Assembly (NCBI GenBank): GCA_000934665.2
Contig: JYFJ02003122.1
Span: 1 to 46,424, forward strand
Origin: Catajapyx aquilonaris
Taxonomy: Eukaryota
Direction: 5' to 3'
Length of the DNA: 46,424 nt
Below, piece by piece: positions 26,301-36,989 of the stretch; within the stretch, counting starts at the first letter, position 1, and every line of letters begins with the position of its first letter. The notes under the pieces were generated by a model that was not told where the DNA came from, made no database searches, and was given only the letters and a program-made list of their open reading frames with translations. The position numbers and the translations under genes were made by a program.

Positions 26301-29300
26301 CATGAAAAAAGCTCAAGCAGAGTACAGTATGAGTGACGTTGTGCTTAACTAAATGCAAAAAAAGCACCATGTGTGTCATATCTTTGACAATGTGAACATG
26401 TAAGCCTAAATTTCTGATTGTGCAAGGTGTTCCCACACAAAATGTACTTGACCTGACAAAAAGCAGAGCAATAATGCAACTTTTCAAAAATTGTCTGCCC
26501 ACCAGTGCTGTCCTGACCTGAAGTGATCCAGGGCGTGCTTCCCTCCCTCTGTACTCTCTGTTGTCTGCGGGATCAGGTATGACTCATGTTCTGAAGCTGC
26601 CATCAGCCTGCTTCTTTCCACTACCCTCTGAGTATAGAGGGACAAGTGTTGTTGCTGCTGTTGCTGATGCTGCTGTGAGTGATGCTGTGGATGATGCTGC
26701 ACATGGTGATGTGGGTGGTGCTCCTGCTCTCCAGCAATGTTGGTCAAGGCATGCTGCAGGATGTTGCTTTGGACTGTGGCAGGTGGCAAGGGAGGAGACT
26801 GCTGCTGGTGCAAGTGGTGATGTGAGGGTGCAGGTGGAGGAGGCGGAGGCGGAGGAGGGGGCGGAGGTGCTGGCTGTTGGGTGGCTGCCGAGTGCACGAG
26901 ACGTGCCTCATGAATGACACTGTCGCCTGATGATGGGTTTGCCACTTCCACCATTACCTGCACAAATTAAGGTCTTATTTGCAGAAAACCATGTCTCTCT
27001 ATGGGCATGATGAAAATTCAATGAAAGAAAAATTCCGTTATTCTTCATTGTTGCAATATATCTTGGCAAACTTGTCAAGGTTTGACCTTCAACTCAGATT
27101 GCAGTTGCCCTGCTTCCTCCAACACAATCAAGAATATACTTGGCCAGTGGAAAGCTTGTCAATTCACAGTTTGTGTCCAGTAGAGAAACTTACTTCCCTA
27201 CACTATATGTGATTTATCGAGAGATGGGTGCATGTAGAAATGCTTGTAACACTAACAGTAAGTAGCGAATATGAGTGCACTGATTTAGCACAAAAGGTTG
27301 TGAGTAACAGCCACAGAGGGATGATTAGCAACTTTGATCATATGAGCAACAAGGTGGCAGTGGTCTCTCAAATTATATCCTCCTGAGACCTGATGTCTAA
27401 TATATTGGACATCAGCAAAAAAAAAAAAAAAGGCGTCAATTTCAGTTGACACCTTTTTATTTTTGCTGATGTCCAACATATTGGACATCAGGTCTCAGGA
27501 GGATAAACAGTTTTTATGCTATGACAAGCAACATGGCACATGGCAACACCTAGATATAAGCCAATTTGGCAACTACATAAAATTTCAGGGTTGTGAAGAG
27601 CTGCCTTGTATGTAAGCAACAAAACTGCAACATGGCGGCAGTCAGCTATCATGAACTACGTATGAAAGTACAACAACAAAAAGCATGTGAATAAAAAGGC
27701 ACTTTCTGAAGAGAACAAAAGGAAGGCCCTAAGCTTCCAGTTTTCAATAGTAGCACATTGCTGTTACTAGTGTCGAAGAGGTATGCTTCCGACTTCTGTT
27801 AAAAGTAGCTCTCACCCACCAGCTTATCTGAATACCACATACTCTGGTAAACCCACAGTAATAACTGAGGCAATGAGTTTTTGTCACATGTCACACATTA
27901 TACACAAAGAACCTTGGAAATTATAAGAAAATAATGATGAACATTTGTCCTGCCAACTTATCATCGCCTTCAGTCAGAGTTGTCTGGCGTGACTGGCATT
28001 AAGATAAGGTGATGGGTGAGAGCTAGCCAACCTGCGTGTCTCGAAGCCTTGTCGGGGGGGGGGGGGGGGGGNNNNGGGGGGGTGTCCCGCATGACCATAG
28101 TAATTTTTAGAAATTTAACAATATATTATATATATTATGTTACAATAAGGGGTCGTGACCCCGGAAAAGGTTGGGAACAAATGTTTTAACCCCTTCGCTA
28201 CCAGCTATACACGCCATCGACTAGATTTTGGCTTACATGTACTGTTAAGATATGGACAGGATGATTTACCAATAATAACAGCTATACTTACAGGTTCATG
28301 CAATACACTATGAATATGTTTGGAACCATTTTCCTCGTGTAGAAGTCCAGAAATTAATTTTCACAAATATCGCTGTAAAACTTGAAATTCTAGCCAACTG
28401 CTGGCCAACTGTTAGGCTGATTTCATAAATTATGAAACATGTTAAAATACATGGAATATCAACCTACAGAACCGTGCTGGAGGAATTTGCTGAAATCATG
28501 GTACTTTGCAAGAAATCAATTATTTCTTATCTGTGGCTTTCCTGTTACTTCGTAAAATTCCCAAATTTATTTAATTCTCTCGATGTACCACGATCTCAGC
28601 AAATTCTTCTGGCAAGGTACGCAAGGTTGATATTCAATGTATTTTAACATGCTTCATAATTAAATCAGCCTAACAGTTGGCCGGCAGTACAATAATTTCG
28701 AGTTTTACAGCGATCTTTGTGAAAATTAATTTCTGGACTTCTAGAGGAGGAAAATTGTCTCCAACACATACAGTAATATGTCCAGCACTGTACGTGTAAG
28801 CTAAAGTTTAGGCGATGGTACTCTGACACGATCTTTTTGAAAATCAATTTAGGGACATCTAGACGATGAAAATGGTTTCAAACACATTCAGAGTGTTTTC
28901 CATGAAAGTGTAAATAGTTGTTATTATTTATAAAATGTATCAGCTTCAGAATACATGTAAGCCAAAATCTAGGCGATGGCAGTAGAGCTGGTACTCTGTG
29001 GCTATCTTTTCGGAAATTCATTTAAAGGGACACTCCACTCAAAATACAAGTTGATCTGTAAAAATCAGGCAAAAAATCCTGATTCCGGTGATACCATCCG
29101 TTTATCTCTGAGACGAACGGTAATGTCAGGGGAAGAGACGAAAGTCGGAAAAAATTCGAGGGGTGGCGCCGCCTGGCCACCTGGCCAAGTTAGGCGACGT
29201 TGGATAGAGCGCCACCCTTCCCAACGGGCGCTAGGGGAAGTTGGCTTCGGACACAACCAGATCCGACCAGATCCCCACGGATCCCCATGCCCGCAGGCAA

Positions 29301-32300
29301 CTTATCCAAGTCGCCGTTGGGAAGGGCGGCGCTACTATCCAACGTCACCCTTGGGGTGGCGTCGCCACCTGCGCTGGGCCCGTTTGAGCGCGGTTTTCGA
29401 ACGACACACTTCCAGCTTTCGCCCTGGCCTTACCGTTCGTCTCTCAGAAAAACTGTTTATACCCTCGGAGTCAGGATTTTTTGCCCGATTTTTAGAGCCC
29501 AACTTGTATTTTGAGTGGAGTGTCCCTTTAAGGACTTCTAGACGATGGAAATCATTCCAAATGCATATACAGCATAAACTCCATAGAGCATGAACGTGTA
29601 AGTATAGCTGTTATTATTTGTAAAATATCTCATTTTTATATTCAGAGTACGTGTAAGTTGAACGGAAATGAAAATCTAGGTGATGGTGGTATAGCTGGTA
29701 GTGAAGGGGTTAATAAATAACAAGGTATAATAGTGTTTATTTCTGGTAATTTTTGTTGAAAGATAGTAATCCCATTCGAATCCAAACAGTCATTGTGGGA
29801 CACTTCAAGATTTCAACTGCTGCCTCTCATCTACTACACGTGTTGGCACTGCAATTTTCATTTCTGTCCCACACAATAATTAACATGCAATATCATTATC
29901 TGTAGCTAGACATTATAAAAGTTCAGTTCTAATAGGGTGAATTCAACATGTAAATATTCTGGATTCATGACCACAATATGCATTCACACGGGTTTTTGTA
30001 TCCCTGATTGATTAAAAACCTTACCATATTAATGTTTCACTGACATATTTATCTATTCCACAAATCAAATTATGCCTACATAATTATGTTCTACGTACCA
30101 CAAGTCAATTTCTATCGTGACTAAAAGATTAGTTCTTTTCAGACAAAATTCCAATTCCTACAATTTTTTAAATGAAACTGACTCCCTCCCACAGTGTGTA
30201 AGTGGGGTTCAATTGACAGATTGGTGTTGAATGTCTCACCTGGCCAAAATGATGATGCTGCACATGGTGATGCATAGGTGGTGGTGGTGGTGGTGGAGCT
30301 GAGGTGGCAGCCTGGCTGGATATTGGTGACATACATATCACACTGGCTGTAACACTCTGCTCCTTAGGTCTCATCATCTCAGGCCTAGCATATGTGGGCA
30401 CTGGCACTGTATAATGCGAAGATGGTGATGCCCTCACGCCTGATGTGTCCTCTGTTGACTCTGGCCTGGGGGTTCCTTTCTGGATTTGTTGGTTTTGTTG
30501 TTGCTGCCACCTGGGTGAAACCACCCGGTTGGAAGGATTGATGGGCATAAACATGTTCTGTCGTGAACCAACAGTCACTGGAGATGGCATCACCCTCGGT
30601 GATGCATGACCATTATTGTTGCCAGGTGAGAAGGCTGGTGTGGTTGACCTTGAGTTGCCCAATGACACTAGCATAGTGGCTGCCTCAGTCTCTTCAGGGT
30701 CAAACCGACCAGCCATACGGCGCTCTGAGTAGTTAGGCGAGGTTGCAGAGTCCCGCGATGTTTCCTCCCATTCCATTTCCTGTGACGATGCACCAGTGCC
30801 TTTGAAAGGTGTGCCTGAACCAGCCCTAGCACCCTTCCCTTTCATGTTGAGATGACGTGAACAAAACCCACGGCGTTGGGATTCTTTTGTGCACCCTTCT
30901 CTTGAACAGAGCCGACGCCACTGCTTCCCATTAAATTTCTTGCGTATTCCACTAGGTGTGGACACAACATCACCTTTCTTGAAAAGTTTGTGTGGGGTAG
31001 ATGCCTGTGACCTTGGAGTTGCTGGCTGTGACCTGGGTGTCACACTACCTCCACCATGTTCTAGTAATGAAGATGTACTTCCCCGGCTCTGCATGCTGCT
31101 GCGCTTGCTCCCATTTGAAAGTTTTCCAGCATCCGGTCCAATCAGTAATGAGGATGCATCGGCAAAGTGAATGTCTTCCCGTCGCAAGTCATCATCACTT
31201 TCGCAATAGTCGTAATCATAATTACGTCGTCGATCGTCACTACCCGAGTGACTCACTGGGGGTGTTACTTGCACTGGTGGGGAAGTTGATGAGCCAGCCA
31301 CGCCACGATATAATGGCGATGCTGACAAGTACGGTGCTGGTGGCGTTGAACGAAGATGAAAATTATAGGGATTGGCAGCCCCTGGAGTACTCCTTGATTG
31401 GGGTGAATCTGGGTCCAGTTGCAGTTCCTCCCACCAGGGAGGCTGCAGGAGGCGGAGATTTGGGCGTGTAACCCATCTTTGTTCAGTTCCAGCACCCCCA
31501 CCACTGGGTGACCCAGAACCAGATTCAGCTAGCTGCACCAGAAAGTGCACTGGCCTAGTCCTCACTTTACACACCAGACCCTCTACATACACATCACGGT
31601 CCGCATCCACGCGTACGCACACGCGCGCACCTACACTTACCTACACAAGGGAAAGATATGTAACTGTTAAACACAATACACAAATTTCTTCAACTTCTGT
31701 AGAACCTCTATATGCAAAAGTCACCTTGAAAAGTCTCCAAATCAACAATGCAAATGTTATTTGCTGCCATGGTCCAAGGCAGTGATGTCTAATTAACATG
31801 TCTGTGACCAGCAATTTTTTGTCAAAAGCTCCTTATTATTGTGCAGACAGGGAGACGGAGTGGCGCCGCGGTAACGCGCGCGCCCACGGAAGTTAAGGTC
31901 CCGGGTTCAATCCCCACCCGGGGTTCCCACCTTCTTTCGTGCAGAGTTGGGCCATCTCTGGCTTCGTTTCGGGTGGCAATTTCCGACAGACTAAGCCACC
32001 CGGGGGAGTTCACAAAATGACGATTAGAGACATTGCACTTGCACTTTGCACATCCCCTCCCACCCACCCTTGGAGTACACTAATAAGATTCTATCTTAAC
32101 TCGCTCCAACGAAAACCCCAATGGTGGTAATCCACCCCCCCTAAGGAGTACGTAACTCCCCCCGTGGGGTAATGCAAAAAAAAAAAAATAAATAAATATT
32201 GTGCAGTCACTTGTTACTTTTATTGGTATGAAAAATATGGGCTAATATTTTGCTGAAATCTTCTCTGCCAAATCAGGCAGGTCACAGCTGCCAATTGGCA

Positions 32301-35300
32301 GATTGTAATTAATGTACTGTGCGGAGGCTATGACCTATGAGACAAAGGGAGTAATCTTTCATCCAGCTTCACATGTTGTGGCTCAAGCTATTGCAGCGGT
32401 TCTCAAACTTTGCCACATCGGGCCCCCCTAGAAAGTAATTTCAGATCTACCGCCGCTTTGGGAAATGATAGAGGGGTTCTAGGCGATCACTTTGAGTATA
32501 TGCAACATGGGTCTCCGATGCATAGTTACAGAGATAATTAGCATTAAATAAAAAGTGTATTATCACTGAGGTTTTGGATACTGCTTACGACACTTCCATC
32601 ACCTAGGGTCCTAGGCCATTCCCTGCTACACCTAACAGGATCGTAAATTAAAATTAAATAACATGGTAACACCTTAAATTTAAATGAGAAAGGTAAGGTC
32701 ACGTGGAAGGATGCATACGTACCAGGATATTTTATACCTTGTGTTTGAAGCACATTATCTCAGTAACTATGAATCGTAGACCCACGTTGCATATATTCAA
32801 AGTGTCAGTTGCTAATTCCTGGTAAACTCTCTTATTAACTGGTCATGAATTTTTGACCTGGCTTGCTTACAGACACTGTCTTACAGCCTGGCGCACAATT
32901 ATCAGGCATTGAGACCAAAGCATTTGCAAGGAATCTTATTGACATCGCAGGCCTCTCATTCATGTGAGTTCAAAGGCAACTACATGCAAGACTGACATGC
33001 TTTTCACATTCAGGTAGCCACTGTTTTACAAGTCCATTTTCCAAATTACAAGTATGAAAGAAATTATTTTATTAACACATTTTAAAATGAGACGCAACAC
33101 ATCACTGCAATACCAGTGAGTCCAAACAAGCCATAGGCGCTTCATTTGTTTTCTTTGTGCAGTGTGGGGGCCTGTAGATATCCAGTATTCAGTAGGCCTA
33201 CTGTTTTAGAGAAGAGTGGTCTCTGCCCTCCCCAAAATAGTTATAATTATTCCTAAACACAAATGATGCCTCTTACGGTTGGACAACCCTCCCGTCCCCT
33301 TGATCCTAAGTCACCATAAAATTTTCAAACTTCATTGCTGTCCTTGCATATTCCAACCTAAGTTACAAAGTGAAACCTGTTTATAACAAGCCCTGACTGC
33401 AGTGGAAACTTGTCCAATACTGAACTTTCATAGGTCCCAGCAGATAATCTTTCAGTAAATTTTTGTTGCTACAACAAAAATTTGTTCAGCACAGAAAAGT
33501 TTCATGGAGCAAATATACATGTTTCACTGCATAACAATATAACATACACACAGCATGTATATGGGACTAAACGTTTCTGCATACTGGCTACGTGGGATTG
33601 ATGCACACAATGCCGCCAAGCAGACTCCTAGGCCATGCTGGGGAGGTGGAGGCCATGAGCTCACAATTGACCTAGATTTGTGTTATTCCCCCTGCCTGCC
33701 CAGTCTCTGCACCCTGCCCAATTCCTGTGCCATGAGGTGTACTACGACCTGTACATCCTGCCAAGGACAATTCAAAAGCATTGCCACATAGCCAGCCATC
33801 ACCCCACAGAGCCAGCCATCTCCACAACACAAGGCATTGCATCTTTCTCACCATTCCCTACTACTTCCACTTCCTCCAGCTTCCCAACCCCTCCCATAGC
33901 CTTCCTCCTACCTTCCCTGCTCATAAGGCATGCTCCACAAGCAAGGCCTCCAATCAGAATAGTTCACTGTAGCTGAGCCACCTGCTCCAACCAGCTTATT
34001 GCACTACTAAGTAGGCAATTTAGATACAAAAGACTAAGGGCCTTATTTTAAATATCCTCGTAAGCTGCGATGGGGGAGGGTGAGGGGGAGTGTAACGTCA
34101 GACACCCCCCCCCCCCTCGCCCCACACACACACACATAGCAAGATGCAACCAGCTCGGGCATCACCGCAACCTGCTAGCTAGCTCAACATGGCTGATTTC
34201 GCGAGGACAGGGATGGTAGCAGTTCACGTCCTAGCTGCTGATGAACTAGTGAAGGCTCATTTCCGTAGGAACCAGATAATGCAGGACAGGCCCAATGCCT
34301 CAACACCCTGCGTTTTTATTATGTGCGGAGCTAGGCTAATTGCTGCAGCTGAAAAGCATGTTGCATTCAAGGCATCGGCTGACTCTGCAATTTTTAAAAA
34401 TCCGCGACACGGATAATCAGCACCCGGATAATTGGGAGTATTATTAACTTGATTAGACATTATTTAAAGCAGCAATCAGTAGACTATGCAGTTCATTTAA
34501 CATCTCTGAATACCTCATTTTTACGATGTACTGTATAGAACCATTATCAGGTTGACCCATTGACCCATGACTAGGTAGTTCCAAAACGTCACATTTGACA
34601 TCGGCAACAATGTGTCCTTGGAGGGAGGGACAACTGGGGAGGAGCCTTAACCTTGCTAGGGGGTCGTAGGATGCGAGAGAGATGGTAAAAATCGCATTCC
34701 TGCTACCTCTAGCAGCGTCAGCAGCAACTTGCGACTAGAACGCCCACTTTTGTTAGCAAGTTGAAAATACGGCCCTAAACATGCACACCTTCTCCATGCC
34801 AATTTTAAGTCCCATGTACAAGCCATCCACTTAAAAAACAGCACTCAAATTAACACTAATGACTATGATTATCATCAAAAATCTGCACTTATAATTGTTT
34901 CATGGGTCAAGATAACAAATTGATCTCTGGTCCTTACTCACTTCAAAAGTACTTGTCATCATAAGCACCTCAACATGTAACTCACCTGCCCCGGTGATGG
35001 AGCGGCATCAGCCACTACGTCAAATTTCCCATGTGTGGTAACACCTCCAAAGAGGACTGGCACCTGGTCCTGGTCAAAAAGGACAGACACATCTCCGGGT
35101 CCATGAGCTGCCCTGACTCTCCCTGGCAGGTACACTTTCCCATACTTTGCCAGTACCCTGTGGCCCCTCCATTCAGCCAAGTCAAGTAGTAAGGGCGGGG
35201 CAGGGGGGGAAATGTCTGGTGCTGGAGGGGGTGGATCCGGTGAGCGCACTGCCTCCTCTACAGAATTGGAGACGTGTCTTGGTGGAGGGGGAGGGGGAGG

Positions 35301-35645
35301 AGTCGGATGATAATGAGGGTGATGGTAGTGTAAGGGGTGGGGATGGTGTGAATGAGGGTGGTGTGGCGTGGGGTGATGGAGAGTCGGGTGATGTGTCGGA
35401 TGGTGCGGTGTCGGATGGTGTGGCTGGGTGTGGTGTGGATGGTGGTGGTGGTGTGCGGACGGAGGAACTGGTGGTTGCTGCTGCTGCTGTTGCTGTCGAT
35501 GTTGTGCTTCACTTCCATGTTCATCTGCTTCCCCATCCAAGTTGACTTCCACAAGATCACTGGGCTGTACATCAGCACCTCGATGGTGAGTTGCAGATGT
35601 AGGCTCAGACTTTGGGTGGAGGGGACGGAAGCCATACTCCTCCAT
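12412..35645 (-). CDS. cic: Protein capicua, long (Cic-L type) isoform, HMG-box transcriptional repressor, whole spliced CDS
   Basis: Exons in transcription order: 35645-34986, 31640-30240, 26957-26518, 26240-25771, [24148-23996], 19495-18453, 17994-17443, 17352-16881, 16790-16188, 16085-15872, 15796-15651, 15555-15454, 15373-14966, 12488-12412; all phases are compatible. Motifs: N1 ([28 protein letters not shown]), Ataxin-1-binding-like VYPWPSL, KRRTQSL, HMG box, [30 protein letters not shown] and C1 domain ([13 protein letters not shown]). The true start may lie further upstream. Confidence 0.95.
12602..12880 (+). mobile_element. tRNA-derived SINE, full length
   Basis: A box TGGCCGAGTGG, B box GTTCGATCC, (TTA)n tail, TSD TATATCTTTAA on both sides. 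Confidence 0.88.
12952..14668. mobile_element. Non-autonomous hAT-like element with nested insertions
   Basis: TIR CAGGGCCCTGCA/TGCAGGGCCCTG, 8-bp TSD ACCTAAGG (12944-12951, 14669-14676), GGGGCCCC subterminal motifs. Confidence 0.88.
13454..14445. mobile_element. Nested decayed element(s) inside the hAT copy
   Basis: TTAA|AGGGGAACCTAGCC ... GGCTCGGTTCCCC; degenerate internal IR ~13510-13989; 13960-14178 resembles 838-1162. Confidence 0.45.
14966..15373 (-). CDS. cic: cic exon encoding the C1 domain
   Basis: ORF 14892-15392: [31 protein letters not shown]...[27 protein letters not shown] donor. Confidence 0.95.
15454..15555 (-). CDS. cic: cic exon ([34 protein letters not shown]), probably followed by a GC-AG intron
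   Basis: Conserved FFGPDF; atatgcag acceptor; the only phase-1 donor is AAG|GCCAGT. Confidence 0.8.
15651..15796 (-). CDS. cic: cic exon ([17 protein letters not shown]...NYRKKRR)
   Basis: ORF 15631-15816; conserved Cic block with an NLS-like basic run; catggcag acceptor, GTCAGT donor. Confidence 0.92.
15872..16085 (-). CDS. cic: cic exon (...[15 protein letters not shown])
   Basis: ORF 15820-16107; ctgcgaag acceptor, AA|GTATGT donor. Confidence 0.87.
16188..16790 (-). CDS. cic: cic exon ending in [20 protein letters not shown] (C2 / MAPK-docking-like motif)
   Basis: ORF 16147-16833; tccttag acceptor, G|GTTTGT donor. Confidence 0.9.
16881..17352 (-). CDS. cic: cic exon (low-complexity central region)
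   Basis: ORF 16837-17379; cttcacag acceptor, GTGAGT donor. Confidence 0.88.
17443..17994 (-). CDS. cic: cic exon ([19 protein letters not shown]...[12 protein letters not shown])
   Basis: ORF 17419-17994; ttttag acceptor, GTAAGT donor; conserved Cic blocks. Confidence 0.93.
18453..19495 (-). CDS. cic: cic exon: Ataxin-1-binding-like motif, KRRTQSL site and HMG box (~18800-19020)
   Basis: ORF 18432-19523 with [40 protein letters not shown]...[19 protein letters not shown]; ttattccag acceptor, GTACGC donor. Confidence 0.97.
19590..19737. mobile_element. 148-bp loopless palindrome, TA-flanked mini-MITE
   Basis: gtatcaacagttcaaaaa...ccagttaactgg...ttttgaactgttgatac; produces mirror ORFs on both strands. 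Confidence 0.8.
20329..20389. repeat. (AAT)~20 microsatellite, tail of the minus-strand SINE at 21127-21357
   Basis: Direct reading; the tract resumes after the MITE at 21125. Confidence 0.9.
20390..21124. mobile_element. Tc1/mariner-derived fold-back MITE carrying transposase 5' fragments on both arms
   Basis: TA|CAGGGTGTACAAAAAA...TTTTTGTACACCCTG|TA; arms read [23 protein letters not shown] and [22 protein letters not shown] (HTH-type N-terminus), frameshifted. Confidence 0.9.
21127..21357 (-). mobile_element. tRNA-derived SINE, diverged copy of the 12602-12880 family
   Basis: Reverse complement of the head (gagttcaatc B box), core (tttcctcccaca) and tail. Confidence 0.78.
22376..23603 (+). 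mobile_element. Decayed mariner element with a transposase pseudogene
   Basis: TA|CGAGGTGTGATCCAAAATT...AATTTTGGATCACACCTCG|TA; fragments [27 protein letters not shown]...FYLFPKMK; stops, deletions and insertions. Confidence 0.92.
23222..23290. repeat. Hairpin inside the mariner copy
   Basis: gggctcgggagtaaacaatggtaaggg / cccttaccgttgtttactcccaagccc. Confidence 0.75.
23996..24148 (-). CDS. cic: cic putative cassette exon ([50 protein letters not shown])
   Basis: ctttttggttttgcag acceptor, AA|GTAGGT donor, 153 nt, phase 1-1, open in the cic frame. Confidence 0.55.
25771..26240 (-). CDS. cic: cic exon containing FQPVIV
   Basis: ORF 25766-26227; tattttgcag acceptor, G|GTTAGT donor; phase 2 to 1. 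Confidence 0.85.
26518..26957 (-). CDS. cic: cic exon: Pro/His/Gln-rich
   Basis: ORF 26484-26963; tttgtgcag acceptor; donor AG|GTCAGG, with an alternative in-frame donor ending the exon at 26503. Confidence 0.8.
27376..27505. mobile_element. 130-bp palindromic MITE (TIR TATCCTCCTGAGACCTGA)
   Basis: Near-perfect hairpin; the same terminus recurs at 46329. Confidence 0.8.
28190..29709. mobile_element. piggyBac-like long-TIR non-autonomous element with a nested MITE
   Basis: TTAA|CCCCTTCGCTACCAGCTATAC...GTATAGCTGGTAGTGAAGGGG|TTAA; repeated right-arm modules; related to 41189-41977. Confidence 0.85.
29026..29527. mobile_element. TTAA-specific (Kolobok-like) MITE, copy 2, complete
   Basis: TTAA|AGGGACACTCCACTCAAAATACAAGTTG...CAACTTGTATTTTGAGTGGAGTGTCCCT|TTAA. 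Confidence 0.88.
30240..31640 (-). CDS. cic: cic exon: remainder of the N1 region ([10 protein letters not shown]...NLRLLQPPW...[43 protein letters not shown]...[10 protein letters not shown])
   Basis: ORF 30168-31622; acceptor cttgtgtag, donor CAG|GTGAGA; 1401 nt, phase 0-0. Confidence 0.93.
31847..32196 (+). mobile_element. tRNA-derived SINE (second family), full length
   Basis: A box TGGCGCCGCGG, B box GGTTCAATCC, A-rich tail, 10-bp TSD TATTGTGCAG. Confidence 0.85.
32488..32804. mobile_element. MITE-like element with ~50-bp TIRs, adjacent to a hAT left-end fragment (CAGCGGTTCTCAAAC at ~32395)
   Basis: cactttgagtatatgcaacatgggtct...agacccacgttgcatatattcaaagtg. Confidence 0.65.
34986..35645 (-). 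CDS. cic: cic exon: His/Pro-rich N-terminus and first part of the N1 domain
   Basis: ORF 34959-35729; acceptor tgtttcag makes the exon start at 35653; ATG 35645 in strong context; donor CAG|GTGAGT. Confidence 0.88.
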
Positions 35646-36989
35646 AGCATATGCTGAAACAACATAACAATTATAGCACCCTTGACTGACATCTATCTTC
35701 CTGGCTTTCAACTTGTCAAAGCAGGGCAATTTACATGATTAACCACAATGTATCAGGGTTTTAACTTACAATTTTCATCAACAACACAATGTTCCATCAC
35801 CCTACCCAAGGTAGTGACACCCCCACTCTCAGTTTGTCTGTGTCACTAGAATGATATGTCGAGTTGCCATCTACCACATAGTAGCACAACCCTGTAAGCT
35901 GAAGTTGTCAACTACATTCTCGCGACACAAAAAAAGGATCTGCATGAGGGTGTAATTAACTTTCTTTTAACCTATCAATTCCCTCCCCTTTATCTATGGT
36001 ATGCCAAAGACAATGCCTCAAGTGCAACTAACAAGTCATTTTAACTTGTGAACACCACAACACTCCTCCCTCTGTCACTTGTAGATTACAATTCTGTTGC
36101 TCCAATTTTGTCCTTCTGCCCCTTCTTATCTTATTCTGCAAGTGCAACTACTACATCCTCAGACATGGGGGGCCAGCGGCACAGGATGTCCAGGCTCACA
36201 AAGTAAACAGCCCATAAAATCCCCCCTAATGCCCATCCTAATGCCACACGAGCTTTGCAATCTCATATACCAGCTACAATGAGATAATAGGTGTCATTCA
36301 CAGAGAAGAAAGGTTTCGTTATAGGCTGTTGTACCAATCTTGATTTTCATTCCAATTTCACACTGACTCAACAATTACTGGCAAGGAAAAACAACCTCAA
36401 CATGCTCCAATCACAGAACATTTGTGCTGTGGGAATAATGTGACCAAACGAGATGTGGAAAATGGTCCTGTCAGGTTTAATAGTGACAAAAAAAAAACTA
36501 ACAGCACACATTGGTAGATCCCTTCATAGTATAGAAACAGCCCCTTAAGTCTCTTCTTTTCTTCCAATATATTACTGTAACAAATTAGAAAAATTATCAG
36601 TCTATCGCAAAAGCAATCCTGAAATAGGTCCTTTCTTACCATTATCACAGCTACAAAAAGCCTGGGAATCTGGGATACAGTCCCTTCCAGCAAAATTTTA
36701 ATATAGCACAGAAGATCTCACAATCAGCCATTTGACTGCAGGAGTAAAATTAATCATGGTCCATTGTAATATCCTATTTGTATGGATGTTACTCTATGCA
36801 ACCAAAAATGTATTGTACACTTGGCCAAATGGTCCTTTTTTACTTCCACATGTGTAAAAGCCCCCAAGCCATGAAAACTGTTCCTGCTTTGCCATATCTC
36901 CTGTGCTTCACAAGAAAATTAAACCTGCCTAACATCTCACCACATTGCACATGTCTCTTGCAGATTATTCTATTCCTGGCCCATGGGTA

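Noticed and set aside
28054..28082. Poly-G tract with Ns (also 3865-3889) as a G-quadruplex element
   Set aside because: It contains assembly Ns, so its length and continuity are unreliable.
28976..29593. 205-aa ORF, and the similar ORFs at 2582-3008
   Set aside because: They lie within non-autonomous MITE copies and have no transposase motifs; shared peptides merely reflect the TIRs.
33555..33976. Pyrimidine/purine-skewed stretch with several ORFs in a cic intron
   Set aside because: I found no phase-compatible splice pair and no recognisable peptide.
14935..35657. Many plus-strand ORFs overlapping cic exons (e.g. 14935, 17711, 19142, 26561, 30889, 31372, 35147)
   Set aside because: They are antisense shadows of GC-rich, low-complexity coding exons with no recognisable domains.
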